DNA of 64,000 nucleotides from Vairimorpha necatrix (GCA_036630325.1 CP142730.1:62001-126000), one strand, 5' to 3'; positions 23,188 to 36,691 are shown, counted from the stretch's first letter. Notes: generated by a model from the sequence alone, not told the origin. Numbers and translations: made by a program.

Positions 23188-26100
23188 AGTGAAGTTGTTC
23201 ATTATTTCTGTATATATTTAATAAAGTCTATAAAACAATGCTGTTATGGCATATAATTTTTCTAAAATAGTAAAGCTTTTAATGGAACTTAAAACCAATA
23301 TGCAAATACTTTTTTCTGCCTTTTTTTTCATTTGCGATTTAATCATATTTTTTATTAAAATTTTTAATATATTGAGACACCAATAAAAGCTTTCTAATGT
23401 TATGCTTTGATAACTGTTTTATTATATTATCTGTTCTTTTGACTTTTCCATTTCTTATTTTTTTGACAAAATATATTGCTAAAATGTTTGCGTCTATATA
23501 CTTTACCCAAGCTGTGAAACATTTATTGTAAGTTTAATGCTATTCTTGTTATAAGATTATGACCGGAGATTATAGAGTTATCAATCCAGATAAAATCTAT
23601 GAAGAGATTTTTTAACTTTTGTAAACCTTATAACAAGCTCAATATAAAATAAATAATGGAAATATCTTTTTAGTTGCAAAATCAAATAAAAGACCTTAGA
23701 TATGTAAGATTTAGTTACCATAACAAACACTTAAAAAATATTTAGTGAAAGTTAAAATATCTAATTATTTAGTTTGGAATTCATTCGTCCTTAATATAAT
23801 ATTAATTTACAATTCATTGATTTTCAAAAAGAATTATATTTTATATAAAATAATACGAGGACCAATAAAAATGAATGATAAGAAAAAAATAACTAGATCA
23901 AATATTTGTCATAAATAAATTTTTTATATAATCCGCTATTCATAAATGCATTCTTAATTTTTCTTATCAAAGGGCAAACAAACATGCCTAAAGTACCACA
24001 TATTTATACGATGAAGGATATGGCGTGTCATATCTTTTATAATCGGTTTATTGGCCTTTTTTATTTAATTTGTGTCAAAATTTTTAGAAAAGATATAATT
24101 TCAATATGATCGAGTACAAGTCATCACAAAGTAATGAGATAGAAATTAAGATAGTTGGTATCAATACAGTTTGCAAAAATACGTTTATTCGATAGGATTT
24201 TTATATAATGAATCTTGTTCTATTTTTCGGACATTTTATTTTACTTAACCAAAAAAATTTAGTAGAACTTTAAATTAGCAAAATACATATTATTCAGGCT
24301 CAAATCCCTAAATTTTATACACAGAGAATGTTAATGTAGCAATTACGTGGCATTTTTTTTTAATTTACAAAATACCAATAATCTAGTTGCATAAGACAAA
24401 ACGATAAATGCGTTGCGAAATATCGGTTTATTCTACAGAACAACAAAGTATTATTTTGGCTCATTTTTTTATTGTAGACGAAGTATAGAAGAAGACAATT
24501 TCGATAAAATTATGGAATGATGGGCCGAAAATGATTTTAATACTTGTAAAAAAGCGAAAGAATTTTTGCTTTGTTACCTGATGCCATAATGTTTGTTTTT
24601 TACAGTAGAAAATTATATAGATAATGGATAGCACAATAAACTTGAAATTGAAAAAAATAAAGAAAAAGATAAAAACCATTTTTAAAATTATAGGACTTAA
24701 AAAAAGGATATTTTAGCAAACGGGGGAAATTCTAAATTGTCTTCTTTGAGAAATAAAGCAAATTAAATAGCTCTTTTTCTTCGAATTATACAATAATAGA
24801 AAATATATTCTCTTCTGAAAATCCCATAACGAAAAAAATATCACATCTTATACAAAGAAGGCATTAAATCATGATTTGGTCGACTTATTCCAGAAAAACT
24901 AACTTCTTTCTTTTGTATTATCATATATATATTTCAATTATACTGTCTTGAAATAAAAATCTACAGGTATCTTTATCTACAGTTTAGAAATAATTGAAAA
25001 CTAAATAAACGGCAAAAAGCTAGAATAACAAGAATGTTGGAATACAATCTTTAAATTTAAATTATACGGTCAAAAATCAGAATGATTGAATAACTAGAAC
25101 GCAACTAGCCTAAACATACAATAATATGGTAGCATAATATTTTAATGCAGAAATTTAAAGAATGATAAAGATAAAGTGGTCTAAGAACCGCAAATAAGAA
25201 TATTTTATTGCAAATTTCAAGTAAATAACCCGAATGTACATAAAAGTATAGTTTAAATCATTACGATGCATAATTAGGCAATTTGAGAACAAGTTAAGAT
25301 AAAAAAAAACCTAAATTTAGTAATAAACTAATTTGACTCATAGTGTGTGTATTCAAATTATAAATGACCATTAACAAGAAGAATTAAAAGTTTTTATAAA
25401 GAATTGGCTCTAATCGTGCGGCAAATGTCGACAAAGTGATAAAAGAATATTTACCTAAAGTTTTACCAGGTTTTTTAGAAGTTTGCGAAATGTAAATTGT
25501 TGAACGACGTATTAAATGCGAGAAATATTATTATAGCTCATATAAGAATATTGCGGAAGGATCACAAGCCTCTATAATGATATTATAAAAAACTATCATA
25601 TAAAATAAATCTATGACTTAACAATTGAGCTCTGAAATTTCTAACTGAATTAATTGATTTTATAGCATCTCAAACATAGATAAAATAGTTGACAGGTAGA
25701 TTTTATAATTATTGACTAAAAAAAATAAATTACATATCTTAAATAAAAAATAAAATTAAAATGTACAATGCAAATGTAATTTGGAATAAAATCATGAATG
25801 TTATGCTCGTGTCATTATTATGTAGATTTTTGTCTAGTATGTTAAAGATAATTATAAAATCGAAGAAAAATTGCAGATCAGAAAGTAACACTATGAAAAT
25901 AAACGCCTTAATTTTTGAAAAAGCATATTAAAATGCTTTTGATTGAAAAAATAAAACATCTCTCTTTTTTATTCAAGACATTCTATAAATGTATTAATTT
26001 ATACGAAATTAAATTTTTATCGACATTAAGAAAATAATAAACTTGAAAATACTAAACGAAAGAAGAATGCAAGAGTGCAAGAACTTTTATCGTATTTAGA

Positions 26101-27749
26101 GCACATTTATGAGTCTACAATAAAAGTTTTGACACTATTTCGAGAATACTAATTATTTATCTAAAAATTTTCTTGTTAATATTATCAGACTTGTGATAGA
26201 GGTAAAAATGTCGTTTATTAAAAATATTGTGTTTCACTAAGAACAGAATTCCGGTACGTTATGTAATTATTGAATTTGAATACCTTTCTCGAATTAAAAC
26301 AGCAAAATATAAATCTTACTATAGAAAATTTTTATCGAGAAGAGTGTGTGTGTAACTATCTCAATGCTTAGAAATTCATTAAGTTAAAATTGCTTAAAAG
26401 CAAAAGTATCAATAATAGGATAATTCTATGTAACAATATTATATAAATATGTTTATATCTATTCTATTCTCGGCTTTCCTAGTGAGTATTTAATGCCAAT
26501 GTCTGCCTTAAGGCCTAAAAGATCAAAATTTTTTGAATATCCAACTAGTATAATGCACTGCGGGTCAATAAAAGTCCAAACAAAAAAAACTTTTGATTAT
26601 GTATAATTTAACCATTCTTTTCTTTGCTTTCTTTCAACTTTTTTGCTGTTTCCCCCAATATGCTGTCTATTTCTTAAGCTTGTTTTACCTCTTCTGGATT
26701 AAAGACAGGAAATAAACGTAAAAATCGTTTTAAACTTCTTTAATGTTTGTTACATACAAAAAATAAACATTGAACTTAGATTTTTTAGATAACTACATAA
26801 AGAATAAATGGGGCTAATATACCATTTTGCGTTAATAGAGCATCGTGTAAAAATTTTACAATAAAAAAAGCATTGAGATAACTCAATTAAATATATCTGG
26901 ACTTCGAGGGCGTTTTAAAACGTGATAATTGATTGACGTACTAAGTTTAAGCATCAAAAAATCTCGTAAGTGAAAACGCGGAATTTAATAATATTAGCTC
27001 TTATTACTAGGATTGTTGAAAGTTCTGAAAAAATTGTGTTATTCTTAACTCAAGATGCACTATTTAAGATCCATTTTTTTTGAGTTTGGTTTCTATTTGT
27101 AAACTTTCTTTTACTAGATAGCAAGAACCATTAACTCGCATGTATTTACTTTATAAATTTAAAACTACTAAAAACATCTTTACGCTTTTATACAAACTAG
27201 AAAATAATAAAAAGACTTATTTAATTTATCAAATACCAAATTTTAATTTTATAAGAACATAATACAAATGTGAATTTTATCATAAAATAAGTCATAAAAA
27301 TTTTTCAACAAAAGCGAAATTTGTGATAATTGAAAAAAATGCAGTTACTCAAAGAAATTGTGTAATAAATTCTTAAAAAAAATTGATGCAAGATTTTTCT
27401 GCTAAATCCGACATTGGCCCAAAATTTTAAATACTTTTTCAATATGTATTTTTTTACATAACTGTTTTTATTTACATTTATTTTCTGATAAAAATATCAT
27501 AAGTTTATAAAAAACACCACATTATATGATTATTACATACATTTGATTTGAAATTTTTTCAATTTCAGAACTATTAATAATATGTAAGTTCAAACTATTT
27601 ACGATAACTTTTTCTTGTATAAAATACAATATTAAGAATTAAAAATTATTTAAATTATTTTGCAAAAGAATTTGTAAAAATCGATCTTCATAAAATTATA
27701 AAATCTGATTGGTTGGTTAGTGATTATAAAAAATTTTCACTCATAAGGG

Positions 27750-28049
27750 ATGGAAAATCAAATGACAAAAGAAGGAAAAAAAGTAATTAATAATGTAATT
27801 GAAGAGATGAAAAAAAAGAATGAACAAAATTCCGTTGATGGTTTAAATTTAGAAGACGCCGATAATGGTACTTCAATTATCGGGATGATTATTGCTATAG
27901 CAGGTGTCGTATTATTCGCATGCGTTTGTTTTTTTGGAATTCAATGCTTGACATCTCGTTTAAAAAAAAATAAAGGACATAACTCCGTAAAAAAAGAAGA
28001 AGAAAATGATGATACTTTAAAGGAAGTCTTTATTAAATCCCGAAATTAA
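27750..28049 (+). CDS. Small single-pass membrane protein (99 aa)
   Basis: GGG immediately before the ATG, one hydrophobic segment (IIGMIIAIAGVVLFACVCFFGI) and a basic segment after it. Confidence 0.7.
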   Translation: MENQMTKEGKKVINNVIEEMKKKNEQNSVDGLNLEDADNGTSIIGMIIAIAGVVLFACVCFFGIQCLTSRLKKNKGHNSVKKEEENDDTLKEVFIKSRN

Positions 28050-28518
28050 AAAATTATTTTGCTTTTCATCATATATACTTAAAATAATGAAAAATAAAAA
28101 TTTTAAGCCATTGACCCATTAATATCTCTTAATTTATAAATACTTTTGGGGGGAAACCGTTTTTTAAAACATAACTAAAAAAAATATACTTAATGTGCAA
28201 AATTTACAAAATTCTCTTTACATTAGAAAAAACATTTTTTGTAAGAATTATATCACACATAATAACATATTGTGATTTATGTGTTATTTTTTATTACTTT
28301 TAGTCTTTTTCATGTTAAAATATTTAACTATAAATATTTAACGTAAAAATATACACGTCACTTTTCTATAGAACTTTGTTGATATTGAATGTGTTTTATG
28401 AACTACAAAAAATTAACATGTTTTTCAATTATATACTGTAAAACAAGAAAATATTGTTTAATTTTTGTAATAAGAATTAGAAATTTAATATGTTTTATAT
28501 AGTATTTAAAACATATGA

Positions 28519-31500
28519 TGTATTTATTCTCCATAATGGGGTTCAAAAATATAAGAATATATAACATCCCCCCTCCAAGACGGTTAGTCTCCTACGTCAT
28601 CATCAACCCTAAGCAGATCTTTTAAGTCATAGTGCCTCTTCTTAACTAATCGTCCATTCATTAATTTTACTACATAAGAATTCCCCGGACACACAATCCT
28701 AATCGTCCCAATATCCAAAAACCTACCTTTTTTATACTATTAGACCCCTTTAAATTTTCACTCTTCGCAACTCGCACTCTCTGTCCTTCGACGAACTTGT
28801 CTCTATATCTCTTTTTAAATCGACTACTATAATCTCCTTCTGGTCCATTTCTTAGCATTACATTGCCCGTATTATCTTTAACTGCCTCAAATGGTGTGCA
28901 TCTTAGACCTTCATGGTAACTATTATTATAAATCTCAAAGGCCTTCATAACTCTTTCTTCTAAGCTATTTTTGGGATTCATTTTTAAAACAGATTCTCTC
29001 AACGTACCAATAACTCTTTCAACTCTCCCATTGCTTTTATGTGATTCAATACTGGTCTTTCTGTGAGTTATATCCAACTTTCTGCATAACTCTCGAAATT
29101 CCTCATTTGCAAATTCTCTTCCATTGTCCGATATGATTTCTTCTGGTCTTTTACCATTTCTACACAAATTTTCTATAAATCCAGTTATCGAGCTAGCACG
29201 CTTATCTTTCAACACGCAACCCCATGCTACTCTCGTATAGTAATCAATGACGACTGTGGTATCCACCACTTAAGAACATGTCAAGAATATTAATATTTGT
29301 TTGTTTGTTTACCGTATTGGTTATTCTTCTTGTTTCCTGTTCTTTATTCATCTCGTACCCCTGGATGGATAAAATCTTTAAATATTTATCGGAGGGAAAA
29401 GTATTGGACTTGGAGGCAAAGATGTCAAATTTGGAGGGAAATGTTAGTAAACATATCGTATGATATTTAGGATATCATAACGACCAAGACAAATTTACCC
29501 AAATCTCTATAATCGATTAAATCTATTGCCACCTTTTCTAGGTATCTACTTGTCGCAATAAAATCGCATCCTCCTGATTTTTTCCTATTGTATTTTTGGC
29601 ATTTTTCACATTTTTTTATCATCATCTTTATATTTTCCTTAATTCCTGGCCAATAATAGTCAAACTTCATAGCATAATAGACACTTCCTAGTCCTCTGGG
29701 GGCCTGTTCTTCGTGGTACCTCTTCATTAACTCTAACCTATCACCTACTGCAGGTATTTCCGCTCTACGACCAGAATCAAAATTCCAGTACTCCTTGTCC
29801 CCGACTTTCTCAACATGCTTTAACCATTTTCCCGCTATCTGTTTCTCTGTTCTTTGTCTAATCATTTCTCTCTTCGGTTCTATTACCTCATGAATTCTGC
29901 TCAATGCATCAGCAACAACCATCTGATCGGGTTGCCTGTACTCGATTTCAAAATCAAACTCTTGGATCATCTCTATCCACCTGTTAATCCTATTATTATT
30001 AAAACATGGCTTTCTTCTTATTTCTGCTAAAGCCTTATGGTCAGTTTCAACCTTAAACTTTCTTCCTCTCAATTCATACTCAAACTTCTTTATGCCCCAA
30101 TATACGGCATACATCTCTTTCTCGCTAATTCCGTATCTAGTTTCAGTCGGAGTAAATTTCTTTGATGCCCATTGTACCGGCACCCTTTCTTCTTTTTCAT
30201 TTTTCTGCATAAGTACAGCTCCCATACCAATATTACTTGCATCCGTTCTAGATAAAAATTCTTTCTCGTAATTAACAATCTTAATTTCCCTAAATTCTTA
30301 AGCACTTTTTTCATATTCTCAAATTCAATATCCAACTCCTCAGTCCAATTCCAACTTTTGTTTTTCCCTCTTAAGCAATCTGTCATGTGCATCGTTTTCT
30401 CTGCGTAGTTCTTTATAAATCCTCTGAACCAACCACTTAATCCTAAAAATCTTCTTACGTCGGTTACATTTTGCGGCTTCGGAAATTCTAATGCTTCATT
30501 CTTTTTTATTTCGGATGGCATCATATCCTGCCCATTCAATGTTACTCCTAATAATTTAACTTCAGATTGCCGATACTGTATCTTCTTTGAGTTTAATCTC
30601 ATGTTATTCTCTTCTAACAGTCTCATTGCCTCTAAAAACAATTTGTCGTGTTCTTCTCTAGTCTTGGCATGTATTACAATATCATCCATGTAAACTTCAA
30701 TTCCTCTTCCCAAATACTTCTCAAAAATCTTAATCATAATCCTTTGCATGATCTGTGGCGAATTTTTAAGCCCCATGACCACGCTGTTCCACTCGTATAC
30801 TTTCTTATCAAACTCAAACGCGGTCTTATGCTTATCCGCTTCTTCTATCTCAACCCCATAAAAGGCCTCTTTAAGGTCAATAACACTCGTAATCTTAGAA
30901 CCTTGCGTAAAGCTAATAATATCCCTGATGTTACACAACTCATATGGATCCTTCTCTACTAAATCGTTCAGGGCCATAAGATTACTGACCAAACGTATGC
31001 TCCCATCCGGCTTAACTATAGGCTTTATCGGATTCCGCCATTCAGAGGTTGATCTTTTAATTACATTTCTTTTCTCTAAATCCTCCAAGTGCTTCATTAA
31101 TTCGTTTTTATGCGCTTGAGGAATCATCTGTCCCTTCCTAACGACTTTTTCCCCTGCTTCTGTCTTGATTTTACATTTCTCTATTTTACAATACTTAATT
31201 TTTCCCTTATTTTCGTCAATCACGTTTTTAAATTTTTTCTTAACATCTTCTAAAGTCAGCCCCTTGAATGTTGTCGTCTCATAACTTCTCTTCTTAATGT
31301 CTTTAACAATTCCAGTTCGTTTCCATAGTGAACCTGGCCTAACTTCTATCTGTTTCTTTTGTCTTTTACCAGCCCACGTATTCCTGTAATATTTTCCGTC
31401 GCTGCTGCTACTGTCCTCTTGATATATCTTCTCACATTCTTGTTTATTTCTCTCCTCTCTGCATCTATTATAACATATATTACTTTTATGTCCTAATCTT

Positions 31501-31920
31501 TCACAATAAAAACATCTCATTGTCCTCAAATACCGTTTCCACGCTCTATCTCCTCTGTATATATTTCTTTTGTCAATTTCTTTGTGACCTCTTCAATCAT
31601 TCTAAATCTCTCTTCTCCATCTTCATAATCTTTTACAATCTCTTTTAGTCGTATTCCTATCATGTCATGATGATTCTCTAAACTTATATTCATAACTATA
31701 AAATTTTTCAGCTCCAAACTTCCCTTTTCAAAAATAATTTTCTTCAAATCTTCATTGCTTCTACACTCAATAACTTTGATCTCATACATAATAATCTTAT
31801 ATTCTTGCAATAGTTTTCTGGCCTCTTGACCACAGCCAACACTTGTTATCTCACGATTTGGTATCGCCCCCATGTATTTATTCTCCATAATGGGGTTCGC
31901 AAATATAAGAATATATAACA
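28519..31920 (-). mobile_element. Ty3/gypsy LTR retrotransposon E3, full length (3172 bp plus a 230-bp nested insertion), 48-bp LTRs, no protease
   Basis: LTRs at 28519-28566 and 31873-31920 (46/48 identical, TG...CA). Perfect TSD TATGA at 28514-28518 and 31921-31925. PBS TGGGGGCGATACC and PPT GGAGGGGGGA. Gag CCHC (CFYCERLGHKSNIC), RT YMDD, RNase H and integrase in frameshifted ORFs 31526..31921, 30090..31529, 29467..30225 and 28670..29269. Confidence 0.96.
29255..29479 (-). mobile_element. 225-bp solo-LTR-like (or MITE-like) insertion in the E3 integrase
   Basis: Flanked by the 5-bp TSD ACGAC (29250-29254, 29480-29484). Ends TGTGGTATCC...GGATATCATA form an 8/10 inverted match. AATAAA on the minus strand. 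Removing it restores integrase KFVLVVIDYYTR. Confidence 0.85.
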
Positions 31921-33949
31921 TATGATATATCCTACAATATGCAAATAATTTTTTTATTTAAATTCTCTTCTAAATGGGTCAAATTAAACATTAGATTGAT
32001 CTGCGTTTATATCTTTTAGCTCTAATTTTAAAGACAAATTATTTAAGCAAAAAAATTGCTTATCGCTGTTTTATATGTTTTTCGTAATATTTTGCCTTTA
32101 TATACTCATCAAAATGCTCTCATGAGCCTTTTTAAGAAATTGATTACATATACATGAGAAGTGTAAAATGTAATTATAATTATTATAAAGAAAAAAATAG
32201 TCCCAAAGATTTAAACAAAATAACAACAAATATAAATTATATTAAAATATATTCTATTTCACGTTTATGATAATAAATTAACGATCTTTTCGATTTTCAA
32301 TGTTTTTCTTACAAAAAAAATTTCACATGTTTTATTCATGTCTAATTTCTAATTTTAATTTTTTACAAAAAAATGTTGTAATCATCAATAACAATTACTC
32401 AAGATAAATACAGTTTATTTCATGTATTAAAAGCACGAATAATAAATGTTTTTTTGCATGAAAGTTGATTTTTGTCGTACAATATAGATTTGTATTGGTA
32501 ATCATATACGATTCTTATAAATTATTTTGATAACATAAATCGATTTTATTATTTTATATTTACAAAATATTGTACATTAAGATACTTTATTGACTATAAT
32601 TGAGTAAAACCAAGTGGAAAACTAAAAAGGTAGGTTCATTAAATCGATGTAAATTCTGTTAAATTAAGAAACTTGACTAAGTAAACTCACCGAAAATAAT
32701 TTTTCGCCCCGATTAACACTTCTAAGTTATTTTTGTATGGGTTAATGATATTTTTACGCATTAGTTTATTTTTAAATAGATATAAAACTATTAAGCATTC
32801 TAAAAGGTAACATTCAAGAATAACTATCGAAATTTTTTTTTAATCTACAGCATAATTCATAGTATTACTTCAAATATTTTTTTTTCTGGATGATAAAAAC
32901 CAGTAAAGAGTGAGATAGATATGTTATATGGTTAAGAAATAAATATCGGATGTTGAAATTACAACGTATTTTAAAACTTAAAAATAATAAAAAAACCATA
33001 GATTAATTAAAAAAAAAAGCGTATACAGCTGCTTGTATATAAATATTATTAAAAGTATTTTAATGAGCTATTTACTACTTTTTCTTATTTTTGGCGAAAG
33101 TTATTTTAGAGTAATATCTAAAAACTTCTCATTTAAATGTTTTTTAAAAAAAAAGATTTCTTAACGACAAATAGCAAAACCTTCTCCTTGGACAAAACAA
33201 GATTTAATCTTTCACAATGTCAGATTTAAAAACCCATTTTAAAATTAACATAGAAAATAGTATCATATTTTTTTTTTGATTAAAAAAATATAGCTCTATA
33301 ATATTCGATAATTAAAAACATCCGTTGTAACAATGAAAAAAATAAAAATAAAACTGTGTATACTAACATAGTAAATAAACTTTCCTACCTTTAGCTTTAT
33401 ATGTCTAAGAAACATTAAATTATTTTTGAATAATATCGTTATTATATAACAAAAAGTAATTATATATTTAACTTTAAACTTATATAAATGATTTAATTTT
33501 TTATTTCAATTGATTTTCGCAATAATAGCGCTTTCCTGAAAAGTTTTCAATATTTAAAATTTTATATTTGTTATAGATCACTTCACATTAAAAACAGTAC
33601 TTTTGTTTTGTGGAATTAAAATTAATTATCTTTATGTATTCGCAACATGGTTTATAGAATTAAGCATATATTTCATTGATAAAAATATACGGAATAAAAT
33701 AGACAAAAAATTTTTGTGAAATTATTAATATGAAGTGTATATTATTAAAAAAAAACAATTTTGCGACTTTTAAAAATAACTTAATTAATAGATATGATAA
33801 AAATATAAAATATACTACAAAGGCTCTTATCATTTAAACATAATATCCATAAATAAATCAATCACAATAAAAAAGTTTTGATATTTTAAATGATATTAAT
33901 ATGACCATGACAATATTTGATATTTCTTAAATTCTAAAATTTTTATTTT

Positions 33950-35098
33950 TTAATTTTTTAAAACCGAACAAAATGCCAAAATCCCATAAGTAGTACTCAA
34001 TATTGCCATCATAGTATTAGTTTTACTTCCTATAACTTTCATTGACAATATATAATACAATCCTGCAAATAAAAAACACATAAAAGTTGAAAATGTTCCT
34101 CCTATAAATTTGCACATTTGATCGAAGTCATTACAAGTAATCGCTATAAAATAACAACTTATAATAATTAATCCCGAAGTTATAAATCTTATGTACCCAT
34201 ATTTTTGATATTTTAAAAATTTTTCATTGATTAAATTTAAGGAATATTGTTTAACAGGATTTGTCTGTAGTGGTACAGAAAGTCCTAGTAAAAATATATA
34301 AAACCAACTTAATGCTACTTTGATATTATCATTTTTATGTGTATTTATAAATGGTTTGACGATTTCTTCTCCATAAGCCATGTAACTAATCAATCCAAAT
34401 ATTAAATATATTGTACTTGCAGATAATAAACTTAGTAATGCTGTTATTTTTAAATTTCTAGTACTAGAATATCTCATTTCATTTTGTAAAGTGAAAATGT
34501 TCTGATGACACGTAAAACTAAAAACAAAATAACTCAGACTTTGTAGATATTGATCCGATTCACGGAATAAATATAGTTTATGTTGTATTTCTCTGCTAAT
34601 ATATCTGTAATATGATGTTGATATTAATAATAATATAGTAATAAGTCCCAAAACACTTGTATATTTGAGTTTATCCAGTTTGTTCATAAATACGAATGGT
34701 GAAATTAGTAGTACTATTATAAAGAAAGTGATGTTAATATTTAGATCAAGTTTATAATGATCTAATAAGAATACTATTTGTTGTTTGATGTAAATTAAGT
34801 AGGCTATAGCGACAGTATAACATTTGAAAATGACTATTATATCAGCTAAAATTTTTAGTTGAGGCTTGAAATGTCTAGTGACAGTTGATAGAGTATTGTT
34901 TTTTCCATATTTATCGTTAAGTTCTATGTATATTACGATTCCTGCGTAAGATGCTAAAGAAGAAAAGATAGTCAAGATAATACATTGAATTACACCAAAT
35001 TCTTTCATTAGCATTGGATAGTTTAAGATTCCGCATCCCATAGTCGTTTTTAATAAATTAATGTAGATAGAAGACAATTCTTTGATAGAAGATTTCAT
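33950..35098 (-). CDS. Amino-acid transporter (Aa_trans / AVT-type)
   Basis: Motifs NLLKTTMGCGILNYP and FVFSFTCHQN, many TM helices, CCC motif upstream. Confidence 0.92.
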   Translation of the reverse strand: MKSSIKELSSIYINLLKTTMGCGILNYPMLMKEFGVIQCIILTIFSSLASYAGIVIYIELNDKYGKNNTLSTVTRHFKPQLKILADIIVIFKCYTVAIAYLIYIKQQIVFLLDHYKLDLNINITFFIIVLLISPFVFMNKLDKLKYTSVLGLITILLLISTSYYRYISREIQHKLYLFRESDQYLQSLSYFVFSFTCHQNIFTLQNEMRYSSTRNLKITALLSLLSASTIYLIFGLISYMAYGEEIVKPFINTHKNDNIKVALSWFYIFLLGLSVPLQTNPVKQYSLNLINEKFLKYQKYGYIRFITSGLIIISCYFIAITCNDFDQMCKFIGGTFSTFMCFLFAGLYYILSMKVIGSKTNTMMAILSTTYGILAFCSVLKN

Positions 35099-35458
35099 TT
35101 AGAGGGACAAAAAAAATTAAATTTACAGTTTAACTGAAAAATAAGAATTTAATTAATTTTAAAAACAAAAGCTATTATTAGTATATAAAATTAAGAATAA
35201 AGGAGGTCCGTCCTTTTTTTAGTATCATCATTTTTTTCAGTAATTTACCCCTTTATGATGAATCAATTAAAACAAAGTAAATCAATAAATAATTTCATTT
35301 TTTAATATTATACTTTCTAAGTTTTTTAATATATATATTTACACAATAAAATTATCTTGATTTTACATTTCTTAAATAATATTGTATTTAATAAGTTTTA
35401 CACTTCTTTGAATGTACACATTTACGAATTATAATTTTTATAAAATTTTATAAAAATT

Positions 35459-35530
35459 AGGTCGTACCGAGATTCGAACTCGGATTAACAGATTCAGAGT
35501 CTGTTGTGATAACCATTACACCACACAACC
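35459..35530 (-). tRNA. tRNA-Gln(CTG)
   Basis: GGTTGTG TGGTGTAATGGTTATCAC AACAGA CT-CTG-AA TCTGT TAAT CCGAG TTCGAAT CTCGG TACGACC T forms a full cloverleaf of 72 nt. Confidence 0.96.
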
Positions 35531-35763
35531 CTAAAAGTATGAAAATTTAAATATCATTATGTGAGCATGAATTTAGAAAATAAATACGAGTCTTATAAAT
35601 TTAGATATTTTATAAGTTTTTATGTGGATTTTTAGTAATTGATTAAATTGACAATTTAATTATGTTTTCAATTCTAAGCCATACTGTCGTTCTAGAGAGT
35701 GCCATTTTTCTCTAAATTTTAGATCAGCATTTTACTAATAATTTTTATATTTTTTTGCCCCTT

Positions 35764-36450
35764 ATGAATGTTGAGACAGTTGCCAATCTTTTGAGATATT
35801 TAGGGGATCTTGTTCATATTTCAAGTAAAGTCGTCTTGGCGAGTAAAATCGAGAAGACCAAGTCTTGTTCTGGCTTAAGTTTCAAGACGCAGTTTTTGTA
35901 TTTGTTAGTGTTTATTTCCAGATATTTCGATATCTTCGAAGTGAACATTAGAAGATTCAAAAGTATTTACAACTTCGTCCTTAAGCTTACTTTTATTAGT
36001 TTCCAATGTCTAGTGGTTTATCTAATAAGAAAGAAATATTATTCGACTTATGATAGGAAGACAGATGTTTTTCAGATCAGATTAATATTAGTGCCTGTTT
36101 CTATTATTTCTTTACTTCTTAAGCCTTCTACTAATGGGGTCTATGATTATATTTCTGAGTATTTGTATACTTTCTCTTTGATACTTGAAAGTGTCAGCAT
36201 TTTGCCCCAACTTGTGCAATTACAAGAAGAAGGCGAGTGTGAAAGCAGAACTTCTACTTTTATATTTTTATTAGGAGGTTATAGATTCTTATACACTCTG
36301 TATTTTATATTAAAAAAGATCTCTGTAGGGAAAGTGGGTACACTTCTCGTGACTACAGGGACAATACAAGTTATTCTTTATGCTGACTTCTTCTCTCTTT
36401 ATTATAGGTATGTATTCAGTAAGAAAAACAATAATGAGATTGAACAATAA
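35764..36450 (+). CDS. ERD2: ER lumen protein-retaining (KDEL/HDEL) receptor
   Basis: Motifs RYLGDLVH, KSCSGLSFKTQ, FSLILESVSILPQL, YRFLY, YADF. Start moved to the ATG after the CCCC motif. Confidence 0.95.
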   Translation: MNVETVANLLRYLGDLVHISSKVVLASKIEKTKSCSGLSFKTQFLYLLVFISRYFDIFEVNIRRFKSIYNFVLKLTFISFQCLVVYLIRKKYYSTYDRKTDVFQIRLILVPVSIISLLLKPSTNGVYDYISEYLYTFSLILESVSILPQLVQLQEEGECESRTSTFIFLLGGYRFLYTLYFILKKISVGKVGTLLVTTGTIQVILYADFFSLYYRYVFSKKNNNEIEQ

Positions 36451-36691
36451 AAAGAAATTTTACAATACTTTCTAATAATATAATTTTTTATTACCTTTAT
36501 AACTTTACATTATTTTTAAAATATAAGATTTTCTGTTACCTTTGCTAAGACACGTCTTAATTGATATTTGTTTGTATTGATAATATAAATTATAACACTT
36601 TTTTTTATTAAATTTGTCGTTATTAATTTATTAACTGAATTTCAGTTATAAAAATAAAAATTGATTTTTCTTTGTTTTTTACTGCCCCCAA

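Noticed and set aside
24400-24830. Possible Tc1-like relic (IVDE, IDNG, IENIFS fragments)
   Set aside because: Too degraded and no TIRs; cannot be told apart from chance.
31500-31560. Programmed gag/pol frameshift in E3
   Set aside because: The shift falls before the zinc knuckle, no slippery heptamer is evident, and E1 is in one frame here. It is more likely a decay mutation.
35249-35305. CCCC-TTT-ATGATGA as a micro-ORF or C/D snoRNA
   Set aside because: Only 16 codons, and no downstream CTGA box D or terminal stem.
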